Below are positions 58,211 to 64,000 of a stretch of 64,000 nucleotides of DNA, in pieces (position 1 is the first letter of the stretch; every line of letters starts with the position of its first letter). The notes beneath the pieces were generated by a model. The model was not told the origin of the DNA. It did no database searches and saw only the letters and a list, made by a program, of their open reading frames with translations. Source of the stretch: Marsupella aquatica (lineage: Eukaryota; Plantae; Marchantiophyta); assembly GCA_973895155.1 (NCBI GenBank), contig OZ316896.1, forward strand, positions 23,393,722 through 23,457,721, written 5' to 3'. The position numbers were made by a program, and so were the translations under genes.

Positions 58211-60302
58211 ATGGCGGGTTCTCAAGAAGACAGTATTCTGGACCTGCTTCGACCTACCATTCTTGACCAAGCAGATCTACGATACATTGCTGCGCAACTA
58301 GACTTCCACAAGGTCTCAGTACCTGCGTTGCTGATGTTTTCAGAGGACAGACTCGAACGCCTCATTGATAAACTGTGTCCAGACGCATCTGAGGGAGCAA
58401 AATGTGGAGTCGAGGCGGCAGTTCTGCTTCGAAAGGAAACCTCTACGCATGGTAATTCCAACAGAATTTCACAGCAATATATTTCGTCTCAGTGTCTTCT
58501 GGTTCTGGTTTGTTTTTTCGTTGAGTTTATTCCTCAGAACTCGCCTAATTGGCTGCACCTAATTTGTTTCTTTGCCGAAAAGTGATCAAGATATAGGGCA
58601 TCATCGACAGCAGCTGTCGCTCTTGCTCTGGCATTTGTTTGGAAAGTACTGTTGCAATAACAGGTGTCCTGTGTCTTCCTGCTTTGCCGAACCGATAAAG
58701 CATTTGTGCCGGAATCGTGCCAAATTTGTAGGGCTCATTGCTCGAGTGATTATTGGATGACTTTCCTGTTTTTCTCATCCTCTTCAACACTTAGAGACCG
58801 ATGTGTATGCAGAGGGAGCTCGACCTTCAAAGAAAGCAAAATTCCTGTCCTCGGAAGAAAGAATTTCTGCTAGAAGTAGCTATTTTGGGAAACTGTTGGA
58901 ACCCCCTGCTGAGCTCCCCGTAAGTGTCAATCAACTGAAGGAGTTTTTGTCCCTGACACCAGTAAAGCTCCCAGTACTCTATGAGCTAACTAACGAGAAC
59001 TTGGGCCAGCCTAATCTGGTGGTACTTGATACTTCCGAAGGGGCGAGTCAATTGGCACCTTTTTGTGAAACTGTGTTCCGATTGATGAAACATTCCCTTC
59101 CAGACAACGAGGCCACCAGCTCAACTGAATTGTGTATTCTCACTGGACACTTCCTCAGATTGTTAAATGACATAGCTCCAGAAAGCAAACAATTACTAAG
59201 TTTGCAATTTAGACAGGATTCAGCCAATCGCACGACTGCTAGTGCAGCATCGCAACCACTGGAACCGCTATTAAGACCAGATTTTCAGCTGTTTGTGAAA
59301 GATTGTCTCATTCTCCGATGGGAGAATAAGATAAACGACACACTTCTGGCAGAGGCTGTAGATGAGAACAGGTCCAAATTAAAGTCATGGAGCCCTCTGT
59401 TCTATGGTAAGCTCCCTTATGTGATTGGTGGTGGCTGCGCTGGAAGGCGGTTTCAATGGTTGAAGCTCTCTCCGATAGGCAAGGAAATTGTTCATGATTT
59501 AATCTCAGACGAATTTGACTTGAATTTGCCGTCCGGTGTAGCCAAGTTCCTACATAGCACCGTTCGGATGCACTGTCTCCTACAGAAACTACAGGAAAAA
59601 ATCGATAATGAAATCCATGTGCAGTTGTATAAGCCAAAAGAAAAAGCTGGTGTTGTAGTGACGATCCATCCTGACTGCGTGACGAAGAAAATCCCAGGAT
59701 TGAAGAAAGATGGGGTTACCGCGATAAAATTGCTGTATGATTCAATCGCTGGTTCCAGGTACCTGATTCAACTTGTATCCAACCGATCATCCAGGGGTGG
59801 AACAGTATTGCAACTACAACCTGTGGGTGACCCGTTCGCACAGCCTAGGGATTGCAAGGATTTGGGAAATGCCACGCATGACATGTTACACGGCCTTGCG
59901 GACTTGCACGGCAAAGGCTACACCCACAGGGATTTAAGATGGGACAACTGCATCAAGGTAAATGATAAGAGTCACTGGAAATGGGTGATCATAGACTTGG
60001 AAGCTGCTGGACCCGACAATGAAGTATGGGTTGATGAATGGTTATTGGGTTGGGATGCGGAAACGTTGGAAGAAGACAATGACAAAAGGAAAAGATACAC
60101 CAAAGGGTCGGACGTGTACCAACTCGGGAAACTTATAGCTGGATGGCTCAATAACTTTTCTGTAGGCGGTAAGGAAGAACGTCAAGTGATGAGATCCCTG
60201 GCAAAACAAATGCAGCAGGATCGTACAGCAGCATCGAAGGTGCTTGAGGATGTCTGCAAGAAAGGTTGCGAACGATGTCGCATGCTTGGCACAGAGCTGT
60301 AG
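58211..60302 (+). CDS. Crinkler-like protein: small helical N-domain, PD-(D/E)xK-like nuclease region and kinase; exons 58211-58451 and 58813-60302
   Basis: GT..CAG intron 58452-58812 joins in phase (G+AG = Glu). Motifs RPDF...LRWENK, W.PLFYG.LPY, HRDLRWDN, IIDLE and SDVYQLG. Confidence 0.75.
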
Positions 60303-61821
60303 ACAGGATTCTGATACTCGTATCAGTAACTCATTGGAAGGTGATCTGCTTTCCCTGAAATTAGTGTTCAATTCTCATCAGCACACTCACCTTGGATGGT
60401 TTACCCCTCGTTCTGCCCGTTGTTGTTACTCTAGATGACTACAACTCGGTCACCTCTTGGGGACATTGCTCCCTTCAATCTCCAATGCACTTCACATGTA
60501 TACGTTAGGTGGCAGGCATGATAGTGTTAATCTACTGTTTTCTGGTTTTGTTTGTCTGTTTCAATTAGTCTGAAAAGTACGTGCTTCTTGTGTCTCAGGC
60601 AATGTCAAGATCGGCTTCATGAGATTTGGGCCTGAAGGTATGTGCCAGCCCAGTAGCTCTAGCGTGGGGAAAACAAGTTCACGAGTATATTCGACAGGCT
60701 GGGTTTGTATCTTAGTCAAGACTGTTTCATGTCGTGCTTTCTTGTTATCGGCCGGCGATTTTGCATGTCATCCCTGAGTAACACTTCGTCTGCTTGGGTG
60801 TGTTATTGGCAGTGTATTTGAGATAATGTTCAGTACTACTTCTAAATGAATCGGGAAATCCTTTTCACCTGACTGGGAGGTGATGATGGGTCCTACAGAA
60901 GACTTTGTCTGCGTAATCTAGAAAGAGAGGATTCCTAGCATTTGCAGTGCCGTGACCATTCGATTGAATGAATCCTTTAATTTCACCTGATGACCAAACT
61001 TCTTGCTGGGAGATGGGCTTAGAATAGAAGCAATGGAGAAAATCTTAAATTCCTCAAAATTGTAAATCAGTCCCTGCTGTGCACGGTTCAATCACATCGT
61101 GGGATGACCCTCGTTAGGATCACGTGTGTTCGGTAGTTTGCCTTTTCCTTCCAACTCCCCCTAAGAACTCATTCGTACTGCTCGCAGATGCCAAGATTTC
61201 TACTACTAAAACTAGATTCCACAGGCGTCGGATTGGTCCGAACTTCCGATATGACCATGTCCTTGATATTTCTTCGATCTATGTATTTCCAGTCTTGATC
61301 TCGAGGGATATAGAGAAGACTATGGGAGGTCGAGGAGGAGGGTGGAGAAATTTTGCTGCGAGGTGGATCTTTGTTCCACAAAAGATCATATAGTTATCAC
61401 ATTGGGAATTTATAGATGAAGTGATCTTGCTTGAGATGTAGCCAAAACCATAAGCAGGTGAACTGTAAAGTTGTATTTTATATGCAAACTCTGTCGAGAA
61501 GCGTCTCCTGGAATATTATACTAAACAAGTCCTACGCTCAGTATCAACACTTGTAGAAAACCAGTCGTGAAGTCCAGTGTCAATATAAGTACACTCTTGT
61601 CAACGCTGCTCAGAAAAATGCCAACACCTGAAAATGCAAGTAACGATTATGCAATATAAAGTTCAAAGCACTTTGTCTTGGTCATCATTTGGTTGCATGA
61701 ACAAGGCAGAGACTTCACAGACGGACCAATTGTAATAACAACACGACAGGTCCAATCTGTCCCAAGCAGAAATTAACCACTCCATGGAGGGGCCTTGGCT
61801 TGAGAGACCAATGGACTGTCC

Positions 61822-61950
61822 TTGGTCCAAAACCCATTGCTTATCGACCTGGGTTTTAAAGGAAGTAGCAATCCAGCTAAAGGGGTCTTTGGTCAAAACC
61901 CATTGCTTATCGACCTGGGTTTTGAAGGAAGTAGCAATCCAGCTAAAGGG
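61822..61950 (+). repeat. Direct duplication of about 63-66 bp
   Basis: TTGGTC..AAAACCCATTGCTTATCGACCTGGGTTTT.AAGGAAGTAGCAATCCAGCTAAAGGG occurs twice. Confidence 0.85.
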
Positions 61951-62243
61951 ATACATGCTGAAGGTACTGGGCAAAATTTTGTTTGGGGTGGATGCAGATT
62001 TGTTAGGATCCATAGTAGAGGAGGGATGGTATGTAGAGTTAATTGCATGGTCCTTAGAGCAATGAAGATTTCCCTCCCCAAAGCTATATGAGCAACGGTA
62101 TTTTGCCATTTCCCGCTACATTTGGAGACGGGGTTTTGTTGACAAGACTTTGGTAGCTTCCTACCTTTAGTTACCTCACTCTCTTGCTCAGCCTTCTCTC
62201 CCGAATATTTTCTATGCAAACTTTCGTGCGGGCCTTCTCAGTA

Positions 62244-62484
62244 AATTTTCAGCAGAAGATACAGGAGTTGAAGGGAGCAGAGCAGGCCAACATTGCAATC
62301 TACAATAAGGCCATAGCGGGTACCCAGAGGGCGGAGAAGGCACTGAAGGGAGAGCTCCATGATCTTTGCAAGGCCCATCACCAGAAGAATGTCGAGTTTG
62401 ATAAGACCTATGGGGGCATTGCTCAGCTGAAGGAGGAGCTTGCAACCCTCTTGGCCAATTTTCAAGCCGACCTACGTAGGAAGG
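62244..62484 (+). pseudogene. Old divergent relic of the LTR-protein coiled coil
   Basis: QELKGAEQANIAIYNKAIAGTQRAEKALKGEL...ANFQADLR aligns to QELKNTEEAHITANSRAMAETQRKEWALKGEL...ASFKADLR. Confidence 0.75.
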
Positions 62485-64000
62485 TGTGGTGCGTCCCATG
62501 GCTCCCTAAACCCAAGAAACCCCCCAGCTCAAGCCGATTCCCGCAGGTTTCGTGCTTGGCGAGGCCGTTTCCGCGGCTTAGCGGCATGGGACGCTGCTAA
62601 CCTTCTACTACTACTATTAACATTTTACACACATATACTGGACAGATCCTTCATCGGGTCATGAGATACGTAGCCGGCCTAATATAGGCCTTCCCCTGTC
62701 TTCCCCTGTCTTCCCCTCCGTCTTGTTAGGTATGTTTGGATTCCGCCGCCGGAATGATCCCCAATAGGCTTGGTTAAGCCGCTAAGACCTCTCTCAGCTC
62801 GACACATCCAACTCTCACTCCCCTGCTTACTTTCCTTCCTTCTGTTGATGTGGGCACTCTTCACACAAGTTAATGCGACACACAAATAGCAAAATGACTC
62901 ATTCTGACTGAGTCATACCATGCACTTGCCATACAAACAGTACATCTCATACACAAGTTCTGCGAACTAAGCCGTGAGGCCAACTCTATTCAGCTCTTAG
63001 GCATGAGGAAACATGAATATACACAAGGGTCACTGTATGACTAACCGAGAGCTTCTCGTACTACTTGATCCCAACCCGGCTGGTGCAAACTAAAAACTTG
63101 CTAAAGAAGAGGCCCTGAGCTCCCCGCTGCCCAGGTACTTATCCTGGTAGTGGATCCGCCATTCTTTGCATTGTAAGCCTAATCTACTTAACAGTAATCT
63201 ACTTGCCCGAATCTACCTATGTACAGCAAGGCAGGAGCACAAGTGTTGCTCCTACCAGTGGGACCGCAATCCCACTAAGCTAAGTGTCAGGGCCGCTCCT
63301 GGTTCTGATCCTAATCCTAAACGTGGAGATCCGCGCCCGCCCTGCCCACTCACGCCTCCTCCCTCCACGTCCGCCCTCCCTAAAAGGAACGGCGCCCTTG
63401 CACCGTCACGACACCGGTGGTGGATCCTCAATGGACGCCCCCAACACTTCCTCCTCAGCCACTGCCGTTGGCCCGCCTACTGACAGATTACCTGCCCTTG
63501 ACTGAGTCAACTCTCCCTCGGCCTGACTGGGTCCACCTTCGGCTTCAGCCTCGACACCGGCCTCGGCAATACCCACGGCTTCGGCCTCAGCCACTCCCTC
63601 GGCTTCGGCTTCCCCTTCCCCTAGGGTAGTTGGATCCTTAGCCGTGACCCTGTCTGGGGTCGGTGCTGGGTCTACCTCCTTGATCACCACGGCCTGTGAA
63701 GTCGTATTACTCCTTGACCCTGAAGGTTTCCGCTTCTTCTTCGTTGGTGGCTCGGCAGCTGGTCCCTTCCCCTTCCCACTTAATTCCGGCACTGGTGCAG
63801 GTGGCGCGGCTTGTCCTTCGGCAATTACCACCCCTGGTAACTGGTTTGTCCCAACAGGAGATGGACCTGCTGCAGCTAAGCATTTAAATACTGCGGCTTG
63901 TTTCTTCAGCCGCTCTGTTTGGTTGTCGGCCCGCCGCTGTAGGTTCTCCATCTTCCTCGTGATTTCCTCCAACTCCTCTTGGGTTTCATCCAGGTCCTTA
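62485..64000 (-). repeat. Family-A LTR (3' part; solo or 3' LTR; runs off the window)
   Basis: CACCACA terminus at 62485 with no PBS. The R/U5 region is near-identical to 13113-14020. Confidence 0.92.
63406..64000 (-). CDS. C-terminus of the LTR-encoded protein (variant tail; partial)
   Basis: Open frame ending ...ASIEDPPPVS*. Confidence 0.8.
   Translation of the reverse strand, partial: KDLDETQEELEEITRKMENLQRRADNQTERLKKQAAVFKCLAAAGPSPVGTNQLPGVVIAEGQAAPPAPVPELSGKGKGPAAEPPTKKKRKPSGSRSNTTSQAVVIKEVDPAPTPDRVTAKDPTTLGEGEAEAEGVAEAEAVGIAEAGVEAEAEGGPSQAEGELTQSRAGNLSVGGPTAVAEEEVLGASIEDPPPVS

Overview
Eukaryotic (plant) genomic DNA, most likely a bryophyte or other non-seed plant (inferred from a moss/liverwort-style PLS-DYW PPR gene and a Crinkler-like kinase). 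Bases 1-46397 are a nested cluster of non-chromoviral Ty3/gypsy LTR retrotransposons. It holds two family-A proviruses on the minus strand, two family-A solo LTRs, a truncated family-B element, a family-C solo LTR, an L1-type LINE and a MITE. Bases 46.4-62.2 kb are lower-copy DNA with a decayed PPR-DYW gene and a two-exon Crinkler-like REase-kinase gene. Another family-A LTR begins at 62485. The main observation is that these elements have giant LTRs (about 4.0-4.7 kb) that carry a sense-strand protein gene inside U3. One solo LTR (20759-25422, TG..CA, 5-bp TSD ACCGG) holds an intact 1124-aa ORF with a PMD/Transposase_32-like core, NLS-like clusters and a long coiled coil. A highly divergent second family carries a homologous ORF in its own LTR. 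Family A also appears to use a retrovirus-like -1 frameshift (GGATTTT plus pseudoknot) between gag-protease and RT. All three LTR families share a structured motif near their 3' end. All calls were made by eye, with no database searches.
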